64,000 nt of DNA from the human T2T-CHM13v2.0 reference genome, Homo sapiens: the NCBI RefSeq assembly GCF_009914755.1, contig NC_060928.1; one strand, given 5' to 3'. The notes under the pieces are model-generated. The model was not told the origin of the DNA. It saw only the letters and a list, made by a program, of their open reading frames with translations, and made no database searches. Positions within the stretch are counted from its first letter, which is position 1. Each line of letters starts with the position of its first letter. This document shows positions 38,647 through 53,900 of the stretch, piece after piece. The position numbers and the translations under genes were made by a program.

Positions 38647-39769
38647 TTGTTCTGTGACTTTTGACTTTCCTCTGTGCATTTCTTTTAAGTGTGTCTTGTA
38701 AACAGCATTACAGGTGTAGCCTAGAAGAATCTCCCATGTATGGCACTTCCCAGGGCAACTTTGCAATCAGAATGCTGAAGAAACAACACATCCCTAAGCA
38801 TTTCTCTAAATAATGGTATGGAACACATGACACCTCCATCACACATCAAGTGCCATCCCTCAACTGACCTGGCATTGTATTGTTTTGTTATAAATGTCTA
38901 CTGTTCAAACTACCATGCTTTTGGGGGTTTGTTTTGCAAATGACTTCTTACATTAAATAATATTATGTTTTAATTCTTATAAATAGTATTTGTAGTTTTT
39001 AATTCTGCAGCCTGTTAACTAATGTCTTATCCATTTCTCATATTTTAATTATTTTGTTTTTAAATGAACTTTGTTGAAGTAAAATAATATTGAGGGAAAA
39101 CAAAATATTTGCATTTTAATTTTCCAGTCTGATGAACATTAAAAAATTGTACACTTGTGTAACTATCACTCCAATTAAAAAAAAAACAGATTAAGTCAAC
39201 CATAACTTACTGATTACTAATCCTGAGTATTATGAGCAGATTCAGCTTAACTCAAATAATGTTTAAGTAAAATTTGCAATACGATTTAATAGCTATTCAT
39301 TGATTTACTAGGAATTAAAATAATAATAGAGATAATATGTGAATTGCCTGAAAAGAATGAACAGAGTTGGTTGCAATGTATAAAAATAAACATATTGTAT
39401 TTATGTCACAACGCAGAAAATCTTTCAATCTTTGGTTTTCAAACTGGACTCCACAACACCCTGGGAGTCTTTTAAGATGTTTCAGGGATTTTCTGATGAG
39501 GTTAAGGCAAAGGGAAGGCCGAGTCTTTGGGTATAATTCAGAGGAAGAATTTGAACTAAAATAATTAAATTTTTATTACATAAAAAGGAGAGAATTTTGA
39601 TAACTATCAAATAGCTAATGAATAAAAAAATTGTATGGGGGGACAGCAAGGACTCTGGATAAAGAAGAATTTGGAAAAATGTCAAGATAGGGAAAATACA
39701 CCCTCATCAATGCAGCAGCAGACTGGTCTAATAGGGGAAAGAGGGCCAGTGAGAAGTTAACTGTGCTGG

Positions 39770-40062
<293 letters not shown>

Positions 40063-41113
40063 AGAAATTAACAGTTCTGGGGCCATGCAAAGGATTTTAA
40101 GAATGCTGACATATATTATTAAGATGTTTCTGTTCTGTGTTTTTTTATATCCCCTTGTCCTTTTGCCCCAGATGGTTAGTAAAATAATTTCACATGAGAG
40201 TATGATGCTTTGGTACGTAAAAGAGAAAGTAAGTGCATTCATCTTACGGAGTAAATTGCTGTGGAAGAGTTCAGAAGTCACAAGAAGAAATATAGTAAGA
40301 GGAGCCGATAATTGAGATCTGAGAGCAGGGATTTGCAACAAGAATTAACGAATAAATTCCATGGCCTACATATTCAGAAGTTTGAGCAAGCATTAAACTT
40401 CCCATAGGAAAGCATATGGGGACAGAAAAATATACTCAGCTATTAAAAGGCTAGGAGCTTATAGAAGGCCATGAAATGGAAGATGTTTGGATATTTATGA
40501 TTTCAAAATTAGTAGGTTTGTTGAATAAACCATAATTTTAAAAGGGCAGAATATTTTTCTTTAACTTGTTACATGAATTTGAAATTTCTAAGGACTTAAA
40601 ATTACACGTACAGCTAAATTATCTTTCTATATGGCTTCTGTGGCCTGGTTAAAAAAAAAAAAGGCTAGTCAGTCTGGTTCTGCATGAACTTTGTGACTCA
40701 GGCTGTCATTTCTTATTTTTGCAAAATGTAGCAAGTTTTTTTACTTCCCTTATGGAGAAGTTTATAAAGGAGATTATAGAGGTTATGGAAAAGCTTACAA
40801 ACGATCACATTTCCTAATCCTGTCTACACAATATTCTATGAAACCCCTTTTATTTTCATCTGAGTTCTGAGTTTCTAAAGAGTAATACAGCCTTTTAAAA
40901 AGATTAATTATAATATCTAAATGTCAAGCACTGTAAAGCCCAGTTAACTATGGATTTCTTGAATTGAAGAACTGTGTTTTTCTCTGATCCCAACATCTGA
41001 AGCAGGGTCTGGTATGTGTCCAATTTATCGTTTAAACAGGATAACAGTAATAAAGAAACAGAACACAATTAGGGTTTTTTAAACATAAAGCCATTCAACT
41101 TTGGGAGGCCATC

Positions 41114-43705
41114 TGCTATGGTTTGGCTGTGTCATCACCCAAATCTCATCTTGAATTGTAGCTCACACAATTCAGATGTGTCATGGGAAGAACCCGGTGG
41201 GAGGTAGTTGAATCATGGGGGTGGGTCTTTCCCATGCTGTTCTCATGGTAGTGAATAAGTCTCATGAGATCTGATGGTTTTATAAATGGGAGTTTCCCTA
41301 CACAAGCTCTTTCTTTGCCTGCTGCCGTCTATGTAAGACATGACTTGCTCCACCTTCCTCCATGATTGTGAGGCTTCCCCAGCCATGTGGAACTGTAAGG
41401 CCATTAAACTTCTTTCTTTTCTAAATTGCTCAGTCTCAGTTATGTCTTTATCAGCAGTGTGAAAATGGACTGATACAGTAAATTAATACCAGTAGAGTGG
41501 GGTGCTGCTGAAGAGATACCCAAAAATATGGAAGCAACTTTGGAACTGGGTAACAGGCCAAGGTTGGAACAGTTTGGAGGGCTCAGAAGAAGATAGGAAA
41601 ATGTGGGAAAGTTTGGAACTCCTTAGAGACTTGTTGAATGGCTTTGACCAAAATGCTGATAATGATATGGACAATGAAATCCAAGCTGAGATGGTCTCAG
41701 ATAGAGATGAGGAACTTGTTGGGAACTGGAGTGAAGGTGACTCTTGTTATGCTTTAGCAAGGAGACTGGTGGTATTTTGCCCCTGCCCTAGAGATTTGTG
41801 GAACTTTGAACTTGAGAGGGATGATTTAGGGTTTCTGGTGGAAGAAATTTCTAAGCAGCAAAGCATTCAAGAGGTGGTTTGGGTGCTTTTAAAGGCATTC
41901 AGTTTTAAAAGAAAAAAACAGAGCATAAATGTTTGGAAATCCCATTTTCTGAGGAGAAATTCAAGCCAGCTGCAAAAATTTGCATAAGTAACAAGGAGCC
42001 AAATGTTCATCACCAAGGCAATGGTGAAAATGTCTGCAGAACACGCCAGAGACCTTTGCAGCAGCCCCTCCCATCACAGGCCTGGAGGTTTAGAAGGAAT
42101 AAATGGTTTCATGGGCCCAGCCCAGGGTCCCTCTGCTGTGGGCACTCTAGGGACTTGGTGCCCTGCATCCCAGCCACTCCAGCCATGGCTGAAAGGGGCC
42201 AAGGTACAGCTCAGGCTGTTGCTTCAAAGGGTGGAAGCCCCAAGCCTTGGCAACTTCCATGTGGTGTTGAGCCTGTGGGTGCACAGAAGTCAAGAACTGA
42301 GGTTTGGGAACCTCCGCCTAGATTTCAGAGGATGTATGGAAATGCCTGGATGCCCAGGCAGAAGTTTGCTGCAGGGGAGGGGCCATCATGGAGAACCCCT
42401 GCTAGGGCAGTGCAGAAGGGAAATGTGGGGTCAGAGCCCCACACAGAGTCCCTACTGGGGCATTGCCTAGTGGAGCTGTGAGAAGAGGGCTACCGTCCTC
42501 CAGGCCCCAGAATGGTAGATGCACCTGCAGCTTGCACTGTGCACCTGGAAAAGCCACAGACACTCAACCCCAGCCCAAGAAACCAGCCAGGAGGGGGCTA
42601 TACCCTGCGAAAATGCAGGGGTGGAGCTGCCCAAGTCCATGGGAGCCCACATCTTGCATCAGTGTGACCTGGATGTGAGACATGGAGTCAAAGGAGATCA
42701 TTTTGGAGCTTCAAGATTTGACTGCCCCGCTGGATTTTGGACTTGCATGGGGCCTGTAGCTCCTTTGTTTTGACCAATTTCTCCCATTTGGAATGGCTGT
42801 ATTTACCCAGTGCCTGTACCCCCGTTGTATCTGGGAATGCTTTTGATTTTACAGACTTATAGGAGGAAGGGGCTTGCTTTGTCTCAGATGAGACTTTGGA
42901 TTGTGGACTTTTGAGTTGAAGCTGAAATGGGTTAAGACTTTGGGAGACTGTTGGGAAGGAATGATTGGTTTTGAAATGTCAGGACATGAGATTTGGGAGG
43001 GGCCAGGGGCTGAATAATATGATTTGGCTATGTCCCCACTCAAAGCTCATCTTGAATTGTAATTCTGACAATTCCCACATGTTGTGGGAGGAACCCAGTG
43101 GGAGGTAATTGAATCATGAAGGAACGTCTTTCTCATGCTGCTGTCATGATAGTGAATAAGTTTCATGAGATCTGATGGTTTCATTTTATTATTATTATTA
43201 TTATTATTTTTGAGATGGAGTCTCGCTCTGTCGCTCAGGCTGGACTTCAGTGGCACAATCTCGGCTCACTGAAAGCTCTGCCTCCCAGGTTCACGCCATT
43301 CTCCTGCCTCAGCCTCCCATGTAGCTGGGACTACAGGTGCCCACCAGGACGCCCAGCTAATTTTTTGTATTTTTTTAGTAGATACAGGGTTTCACCATGT
43401 TAGCCAGGATGGTCTCGATCTGCTGACCTCGTGATCCGCCTGCCTCAGTTTCCCAGAGTCCTGGGATTACAGGCGTGAGCCACCACACCCAACCAAGATC
43501 TGATGGTTTTAAAAACAGGAATTTCCCTGCAAAAGCTCTCTCTTTGCCTGCTGCCATCTATGCAAGATGTGAGTTGCTCCTCCTCCCTCCATGATTGTGA
43601 GGCTTCCCTAGTCATGTGGTACTGTAAGTCCATTAAACTTCTTTCTTTTGTAAATTTCCCAGTCTCAGTTATGTCTTTATAAGCAGCATGGAAACAAATA
43701 ATACA
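41114..43705 (+). mobile_element. Complete THE1 (THE1B/C-like) MaLR provirus: 5'LTR 41114-41477, internal 41478-43014, 3'LTR 43015-43705
   Basis: Two direct LTRs; internal gag-like ORF 41502-41987 (WESLELLRDLLNGFDQNAD); PPT-like gggaggggccagggg before the 3'LTR; TSD ccatc/ccatt. Confidence 0.95.
43183..43494 (-). mobile_element. AluY inserted in the THE1 3'LTR
   Basis: ttcacgccattctcc, gttagccaggatggtctcgatc; (TTA)n tail; TSD agatctgatggttt at 43168-43181 and 43496-43509. Confidence 0.95.
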
Positions 43706-44929
43706 CCATTCTTAAGAAAAAGAATCAAAATTGCCAATACAAAATTAAGAACAGGAATCTGAGAGCCCCTAACCTTAAGCTTCATTTGCTTTATGGGAAA
43801 ATTGCCTGACTTTAATTTTTCTCTTTTAATACGATTTCTAACCTCCTCTTTTATTTGCTTTACTAATGTTTGCCCTTTATTAAAGTTGTCATGCATCATA
43901 ATTTTAATTTTTTTTTAAATGTTATTTTTGCCTCCTGACAAGGAAACAAGAAGTTAAAGGGCCATACTAAAAGTCCCAGAACAGAGAGCCAAGTTTTGGA
44001 TAAAATGAATTAATAACATTTTCAGAGAAGTGTTTTCTTAATTTAAAAAAATAAAGTCTTATATTCCATTTAAATGACATCTTTGAAACTGATGCCATAT
44101 AGTTTTCTATACTAGATGTCTGTTTTTATTTAAAATGTTTCCTCCCTTAAGACCACATGATGGCAACATAACCCCTACAGACAGCTTTGTTCCTGAGCCC
44201 CTTCATCTTGGGTAATGCTTAAAGGAAATCCAATTTCCATTCTCTCAGGTATCAAGAGCTTACCTGTCAGGTAGTTTGCCAGAATTTTGCCTGAGGGGAT
44301 TTAGTTTTCTTTTCATTTTACTATAGTTTATCTATAACAGATCAGGATTTTTAAAACTTTAATCATAATTTTCGCATTACTTTTAAAAAAATAATAATTC
44401 TGTTGTCGTTAAACAAACTGGCCCAGGTAAAACTTTCTAGAACCAAGAGCCTTTATTAAGACAAAAGATATTTATTGTAATATGAAATTATAAAAACACT
44501 AATATGACAAAAATTATTTAGTCTCCCTCTCCCCAAAGTTTGTATAATACCTCCTCTCCAACCATTATCTGAAGTATATTTGAACAATTAAGGGAAAAAA
44601 GCTTAAAATAAAAATATAATATAGTAGGTCAAAGAAACATTAACCACAAAGAGAAATATAAATTTGCAAGTATAACAAGTGCTGTAAAGAAAAGTGCATG
44701 GTATTTTGAGATCCTATACAGCACTCATTTTTCATTTCTACAACCTCTTTCTTCTGTAATAGGGGGAAGATTAGTCAAAAGTTGGTTGCTTAAAGAAATG
44801 CTGATTTTACTGAAATCTGAAGGATTAGATAGCACTGAACAGTTCAAAATGAAGTTCAAGAGGAAAAGTAGAACAATAGAACATTAAAAGTTCTGTGGTT
44901 AGACCAGGACTAAATTGATAAAGGTTTTA

Positions 44930-47900
44930 GGAAATCAGGGGTGCGGGGCATTCTCAGACAACCCCCAAATAACAGACAAGTTATTGCAACTTGGATTTTC
45001 TAACATAAAGGAATAAATGTACAATGATTAATGTGCTTTTTTTTGGTTTTTGGGAGGATCATATTCTAAAACCAGGAATTCTGATAAAGCTAGCTTTGAA
45101 TAGGCCCTAGGGCAAGAAAAAGTTCTCAACAGGTCCAAAATGTGATTAAGCAGCTGGCTTCTTTGGCCATACGACCTGAAAGAGCCCATGACAGAACACA
45201 TATCTACAGCAGAAAAAGTCACCATTTTGAGCCCTAATAGGAAAGTTCTAATGCAGATCCTTTGCTCTAGACAGGGTCATGTCATGTGCAACAGAATAGC
45301 GTCTCTCTGCATTATATTGGGTTTTAGTAGAAATAACCTGACTAGCCATTTGAACATCAAATAACTATGTGGCCATAAGATTGTATCATGAGCAAATTAC
45401 TATTAGATTCACTAAGGCAGGCAGAACCAGCATAATCTCATAGTAAAATGGAAGTGGTACATCTGTGACTAGGTCCAAAAATGTCTGAGGGCACAGGTTA
45501 GCTGAATAAGTGGTGACAATGTCCTTCATGACACTTACCTCTCTTGTACCGATACCTGTTCTTTGGTACGACTCATCCATGGTCTTACGGGGGTTTCTTA
45601 TCACTAGCTGATGGAGACAAAAAAAAAAAAAAAAAAAAGCTCAAGCTTACTGCACCTGTCATGGTTGACCTGTCATGTAGGAGCAAGTTGAAAACTGTAG
45701 CATTATTCAACTACCCTACTCCAGCCCCTTTTTGGAGTACACATGAAAGAAGTAAAAGAAGTGACATCCTCCCATGGGTAGAGTTTTGAGCAGTGCTTCT
45801 GGTCATCCCTTTTGTGTGCAGAGAAAAGTAAACAAAGTAAAGATTTACATATACTTATGAGTATTGAAAATGTCTTATCAGGTTGGCCAGAGTCCTGGAA
45901 TGAGCAAGATTGGCAGATCAATACAGGAAGATCTGGGGAAAAGCCATGTGTAATGTACTTGTGGGAGGTGGGGAAAAAAGTATGAGGATATTTTAAAATC
46001 ACATATAAATGCCAGTTACAGGATATTCACTCCAAAGAGGGAATAATAAAATGAATGGATAGGGTAATTTTGTGAGTAAATGCTAGCTCTTCTCTGACCT
46101 CAGCCACCTCTGCTCATTCATAGGCTTATGAATGATGTAAACACTGTATTTGAGATAGCAGCTATGCCAACATTATGGGGTTTCTTCACTTCCACCTCTT
46201 CTTCTGACTTAAGTTTATCTAGCTATTTCTGCTGCTGAATGCCTGACCTATCAACAATGGAGACCACTGATGAGTCCATAATATACCACAATTCTTCAAG
46301 GAGGCCCACTAGACACTCGATGTGGGTTAATTACATTATAATCTTCAATTCTAGAAAAGGCATTAATTCACATTGAATAGAATCGACTTCTATTCCAGGT
46401 ATATTACTTTATAATCTACTAAGATGGCATCTAGCAAAACATTTCAATTCACTTTTTAGTAAAGACTCATGGTAGTGCATTCTGACCACAGGATTATGGT
46501 ATTACAACATATTGGTTCTTCCACATACCAGTTCTACTACTTACCACAGCTATCCAGAACCTACCAAATGTCGTAGAGTGATGGAAGAGCTCTCTAAAAG
46601 TACAAATAAAATGCCAATTAGAGATGACACATTGTGGGAATTGTACACTATATCCTTCAATACATGGCATATATCTTAAACCAATGATCATTATATAGTA
46701 TCGTCTCTCAAGAAGTAGAATATGTTGGTTCTGAGAATAAGGAATGAAAGTAGTAATGGCACTAACACCATTATTCACAATTTTGCTTCCTATTTCAGCA
46801 TTTTAGGCTCAGTAAGTCTAGTAGTCCTTGTTTCTGAAAGGGGAACTCTTCCACCAGGAGACACAGCAAGGGTCACTTGTGAGTGCCAGTGGACCAGTGG
46901 GCAACAAAGGGAATCACTATTCTGGCAGAGGTAATTGGCACTGATCACCATGAGGTAGTAAGGGAGGGCCAGGAAGGAATATATTTGGAATTCAAATAAT
47001 CAACTGGAGTGTCTCTGAATATTCCCATGCTGAGTTGTAAATGTAAATGGACAAGCAGAGCAGTCACATCCTGGTAAGGGCATGGTAATCAGGAACTTAG
47101 AACCCTTAGGGGGTTAGCGTCTAATAAACCCACCAGCCAAGTCACCTATACTAGCAGAATTCCTAGTTGTACAAGAAGGGACTTCTATGGGAGTATTCCC
47201 GGACTGAATGGAGAGTCGGGGTGCTTATTCTCGTGGCCCAGTAACAAGATGCAGATGCACTGGGAAAAAAGAGAGTTTATTTCCGTAACCGGGTACAGGG
47301 AGAAGGCTGGAAAAATATCACCAGACCAACTCAGAATTACAAAGTTTTCTAGAGTATATACCTTCTAAGCTATATATCTATGTGTAAGTATGCATTCGTC
47401 AAAGGACATAAGTGATTAACTCCTTCTAATCTACATCTAAGATCTGAGTCCTGAAGACCTTCCTCTGGAACTTCAGTAAATTTACTTTATCTAGATGGTT
47501 CCAGGTGCCAGGGATGATTAGCCTTACCTTGTCTCCCACTAAATCATGGAGGTTTGGGGAGTTTCTTTAGACACTAATAAAAGTTGTTTGTGGAGGTCTG
47601 GGGGGTTCCTTCAGACCCCAAATAAAACTTGTTTAATCCTCAAAAGGTCCTGTTAAGAATTCCTTTGCTATATTCTCATGCTTCAAGGCCCAGGAAAGGC
47701 TGAGGCAAAACTCTTGGGGGGCTTTTGTTACATCCTAGCCTTTGTACAAGGACACTGGCTCTATCAGCTTTTAATATTTAACTTAATCACTTAGTCAGTG
47801 CTGAAACAGTTGTCATGGAGGCCTGCCTGTTCAGCTGTTAGTGAGACCTGGCCTGCCGCAGGAGTGGCCATAAAGTATGGAATCATGGCGAATATAATAT

Positions 47901-48340
47901 AATTATGTATTGCTAATATAATACCTGATACATTAAATGATATTATATGGTATGCTGTTGTGTCACTTGTCAAAAATGCAAAATTTCTATCTATCCCTGC
48001 ACGTGTAGCTGTGATGTGTTATTTCTCTGATTTTAACCAAAAGAAAAAAACTTTCTATTTTAGCATACCTCAGAAGTAAACAAGGTGATTCAATCTGTTG
48101 AAAGAGAGATTACCTATGTTTGTAGGTTTTATGGCCACTGGTAGCATGAGTGGTGGAGAAAGAAGTATCAATTTTAGTCTTGGAACTAGCTGCAGCATTT
48201 GGTGCTATATTTTAGCCCACTAATCTCCTCTTGTAGATATGACTAGAAATGGTGACCAAGCAGGATCCTGGAGAAGCTGTGACTAGATGGAATATATGTA
48301 ACACAAAAAGCAAGTAGGTCTAGTGGTACAAGGATGGCCT
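44930..48340 (+). mobile_element. ERVL (ERV3-16A3-like) internal pol relic, interrupted
   Basis: RT/RNaseH/integrase-like phrases (cctggaatgagcaagattggcagatc, gggtta attacattat, ggaactcttccaccaggagacacagcaaggg); homologous to 9.6-10.6 kb. Confidence 0.7.
47194..47860 (-). mobile_element. PABL-like ERV1 solo LTR (667 bp) with 4-bp TSD ggag
   Basis: Reverse complement starts tgcggcaggccaggtctcactaacagctgaacaggcaggcctcc; ggag at 47190-47193 and 47861-47864. Confidence 0.75.
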
Positions 48341-48341
48341 A

Positions 48342-48766
48342 AGGTAGATGCTGTTGACATTCTACCCTTTCCCTGCAAGTGTCCTCATTCCCCAGTTGCC
48401 TCCGACTTTGGCTAATAATTCACAAATGTCTCTCTCTCTCTGGAAAATTGTCCTCTGCTAAAGCCAATTCACCCATCAAGTTGTGAAAGACTCCCCAGCC
48501 TCAGCTCCCCTTAAGGGGCAGAATTCAGTCAATGACTGACACAGGATATAAAAGTGCCTCAAAGGGGCACTAACTCTGAGGTGTAATTGTTGCTCCAAAC
48601 CTTGTCTATAGAATTAAACTGAAATCCCTTTCTTCGGAGGTCACATACTTGCTTACTTTTTAATCCTCACCCTCTCCTCCCTTTCTTACTCTTTTTCTTG
48701 TATAGCACTTCTTTCTAATAAATTCCTTGACTTTGTCTCTGTTTCCAGGAATCCCCATCGAAGACA
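48342..48766 (+). mobile_element. LTR16-like LTR
   Basis: cagtcaatgactgacacaggatataaaag...aataaattcc...tctctgtttccagggaatccccatcgaagaca. Confidence 0.7.
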
Positions 48767-49254
48767 ATTGGTGAGTTCAGTGCATTTCATGTATTGACAT
48801 AAAAGATATATTTGTTCTTAGTTCTGTCATCATATTTTATTCACGCTTGCTAGTTTTATAGCTTTTTTGTCTTTATACGTTTTACCACATTGTTTGCTGT
48901 ACTTGGATGGGTATTTGTTCTGATCATTAGAAAGGTTGTATTTTTACTGTGGTGAATAACTGTCTTAAGTTTTTACACTTAACCGTTTATTTTGTTGAAT
49001 AGTACCTATAAGAGGTATTGAAATGTGAATATTTCCTCTTCCTCATCTTTTTTTTTGCATTTTCTTCTCTCACAATTACCATTTGTTTTTATGGATAGCC
49101 TTATAGTTAATTAAATCTGTGCTCAAGCTAGTACTATTCCTATATTTTACCAGAAAATATAGGAATACAAGACTTCTTAATATTTGAAGGAAGTTTTTGC
49201 TGTATTAACTCAGTGTAATATAGTGATTCATAATATATACTATATTCAAATATA

Positions 49255-50290
<1,036 letters not shown>

Positions 50291-50594
50291 GGAAAATAAT
50301 AATTTCAATTATCAATAATTGTATAAACACCTTCTCATATAAAGTTATTTCATTATTTGTCTCATTGTTTATTTCCTCTGGGAATAGTAAATTACAAATG
50401 TAACATTTCTTTTGTCTTCTATTCCCCCTTTTTTTTTCTCTGTAACTGTTTGCTTTTGTAAGTCTGTGTTATTTTGCTCATGTTTTTCAGTATGAATGAA
50501 ATGACTCTTTGGTTTCAGTGGTTTCTTCTTTGTTTTGTTTCCGATATGCATGAAGTACATTCATTGCGCACTGTTTAACAACTTACTTGAGTCC

Positions 50595-50930
50595 TGTGAG
50601 ACAGAACACCCACATATGCAACGAGTTACAAAAGGTGGGTTCATTAGTTACAAATAAGAACAGGGGTCAAAAGAAGCCTAGAATTCATTATGAACCAATC
50701 CCTCAAGTCTCAGGGAACACTGTTTGAGGTAGATGGGGTCTCACTGATGCACCCCATTTGCTGAGGGACCCTGAAATTCAGTTTATCTTTAGTTTCATAC
50801 CCTGGGACAAGGTGACCTACTGGGCTAAAACATTGAAGGATATCCTGTTCCTAGGGAAAACTGGAACAGAGCTGAGGCTGTTCCAAGCAATTCCTCCATC
50901 ATGTTTCAGGATGTTGCAGTCCATTCTACA
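50595..50930 (-). mobile_element. ERVL solo LTR (MER54/MER74/LTR53-like group)
   Basis: Reverse complement starts tgtagaatggactgcaacatcctga; subfamily uncertain. Confidence 0.5.
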
Positions 50931-53900
50931 TTTTTTTTAAGATTTTTAAAAAACGTTTAGGTTCACATATGCATATATCTTTATAATAGAATGAGTTATA
51001 TTCCTTTAGGTATATACCCAGTAATGGGATTGCTGGGTCAAATAGTATTTCTGGCTCTAGATCCTTGAGGAATCACCACACTATCTTCCGCAGTGGTTGA
51101 ACTAATTTACATTCCCACCAACAGTGTAAAAGTGTTCCTACTTCTCCACAGTCTTGCCGGCATCTGTTGTTTCTTGACTTTTTAATAATCACCATTCTGT
51201 CTGGTGTGATATGGTATCTCATTGTGGTTTTGATTTGCATTTCTCTAATGATTAGTGATACTGAGCTTTTAAAAATATGTTTGTTGGCTGCATAAATGTT
51301 TTCTTTGAGGAAGCGTCTCTTCATGTCCTTTGCCCCTTTTATGGTGTTATTTGTTTTTTTCTTGTAAATTTGTTTAAGTTCCCTATAAATTCTGGATATT
51401 AGACCTTTGTCAGATGAGTAGATTGCAAAAATGTTTTCCCATTCTGTAGGCTGCCTGTTTGCTCTGATGATAATTTATTTTGCCATGCAGAAGCTCTTTA
51501 GTTTCATTAGATCCCATTTGACAATTTTGGCTTTTGTTGCAATTGCTTTTGGTGATTTCATCATAAAATCATTGCCCATGCCTATGTCCTAAATGACATT
51601 ACCTAGGTTTTCTTCTAGGGTTTTTTTTGGTTTTGGGTTTTACATTTCTGTCTTTAATCCATCTTGAGTTAATTTTTGTATAAGGTGTAAGGAAGGGGTC
51701 CAGTTTTAGTTTTCTGCATTTGACTACCCAGTTTCCCCAGCACCATTTATTAAACAGGGAATCCTTTCCCTATGGCTTGTTTTTGTCAGGTTTTTTTTAC
51801 CATCACATGGTTGAAGATGTGTGGTTTTACTTCTGAGATCTCTATTCTGTTCCATTAGTCTATATGTCTGTTTTTATACCAGTACCATGCTGTTTTGGTT
51901 TCTGTAGACTTGTAGTATAGTTTGAAGTCAGGTAGCATGATGCTTCCAGCTTTATTCTTTTTGCTTAGGATTGTCTTGGCTGTGCAAGTTCTTTTTTGGT
52001 TCCATGTAAATTTTAAATTACTTTTTTCTAGTTCAGTGAAGAATGTCAATGGCAGTTTGATGGAAATAGCATTGAATCTATAAATTACTTCAGGCAATAT
52101 AGTCATTTTCATGATATTGATCCTCCTATCCATGAGAATGGAATGTTTTTCCATGTGTTTGTGTTCTCTCTTATTTCCTTGAGCAGTAGTTTGTAGTTCT
52201 TCTTGAAGAGGTCCTTCACATCTGTTGTTAGCTGTATTCCTAGGTATTTTATTCTTTGTAGCAACTGTGAATGGGAGGTTATTCATGATTTGGCTCTTTG
52301 CTTGTCTATTGTTGGTGTAAAGGAATGTGATTTTTGCACATTGATTTTGCATCCTGAGACTTTGCTGAAGTTGCTTATCAGCTTAAGGAGCTTTTAGGCT
52401 GAGACAGTGGGGTTTTCTAGACATAGGATCATGTTGTCTACAAACAGAGACAGTTTGACTTCCTCTCTTCCTATTTGGATGCCTTTATTTCTTTCTCTTG
52501 GCTGATTGCCTTGCTCAGAACTTCCAATACTATGTTAAATACCAGTGGTGAGAGAGGGCATCCTTGTCTTGTGCCAGTTTTCAAAGGGAATGCTTCCACC
52601 TTTTGCCCATTCAGTATGATATTGGCTATGGGTTTGTCATAAACGGCTCTTCTTATTTTGAGATATGTTCCATCAACACTTAGTTTATTGAGAGTTTTTA
52701 ACATGAAGGGATGTTGAATTTTATCAAAGACCTTTTCTGTGTCTTTGAAATAATCATTTAGTTTTTTTCATTAGTTCTTTTTATGTGATGAATTATATTT
52801 ATTGATTTGTGTATGTTGAACCAGCCTTGCATCCCAGGGATGAAGCTGACTTGATCACGGTGGGTAAGGTCTTTGATGTGCTGCTGGATTCAGTTTGCCA
52901 ATATTTTATTGAGGATTTTCACATCAATATTCATCAGGGATATTGGCCTGTAGTTTTCTTTTTCTGTTGTGTCTCTGCCAGGTTTTGGTATCAGGATGAT
53001 GCTGGCCTTACAAAATGAGTTAGGGAGAAGTCCCTCCTTTTCAGTTGTTTCGAATAGTTACAGAAGAAATGGTACCAGCTCCTCTTTGTACCTCTGGTAG
53101 AATTCAGCTGTGAATTCTTCTGATCCTGGAATTTTTTTTTTTGGTTGCTAGGCTATTTATTACTATGTCAATTTCAGAACTTGTTATTGGTGTCTTCAAG
53201 CATTTGACTACTTCTTGGTTTAGTTCTGTGTGGTCAAAGTTATCATTTTTTATTGTGTCTATTTGAGTCTCCTCTCTTTTCTTCTTTATTACTCTAGCTA
53301 GTGGTCTATGTATTGTATTAATTTTTCAAAAAACAAGCACCTGGATTCATTGATTTTTTGAAAAATTTTTTGTGTCTATCTCCTGCAGTTCCACTCTGAT
53401 CTTAGTTATTCCTTGTCTTCTGCTAGCTTTTGGATTTGTTTGCTGTTGCTTCTCTAGTTCTTTTAGTTGTGATGTTGGGGTGTCAATTTGAAATCTTTCT
53501 AGCTTTCTGATGTGGGCATTTAGTGCTATAAATTTCCCTCTTAACACTACTTTAGCTGTATCCCAGAGATTCTAGTGCATTGTCTCTCTTTGTTCTTATT
53601 GGTTTCAAAGAACTTCTTGATTTCTGCCTTAATTTAATTATTTATCCAGGAGTCATTCAGCAGCAGGTGTTCATTCATGAGCAGGTTGTTCAATTTCTGT
53701 GTAGTTGTGCAATTTTGAGTGAGTTTCTTAATCTTGAGTTCTAATTTGATTGCACTGTGGTCTGAGAGACTGTTATGATTTCTGTTGTTTCGCATTTGGT
53801 GAGCAGTCTTTTACCTCCAATTATGTGATTGATTTTAGAGTAAGTGCCATGTGGCAATGAGAAGAATGTATATTCTGTTGTTTTGGGGTGGAGAGTTCTG

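Noticed and set aside
41933-42773. Multiple overlapping ORFs
   Set aside because: They lie in THE1 internal sequence; long frames on several phases reflect base composition
45619-45638. Isolated poly-A as a processed pseudogene tail
   Set aside because: No upstream mRNA-like body or clear TSD; it lies within the ERVL relic
47549-47635. Direct ~43-bp repeat
   Set aside because: Internal to the PABL-like LTR and probably a family feature
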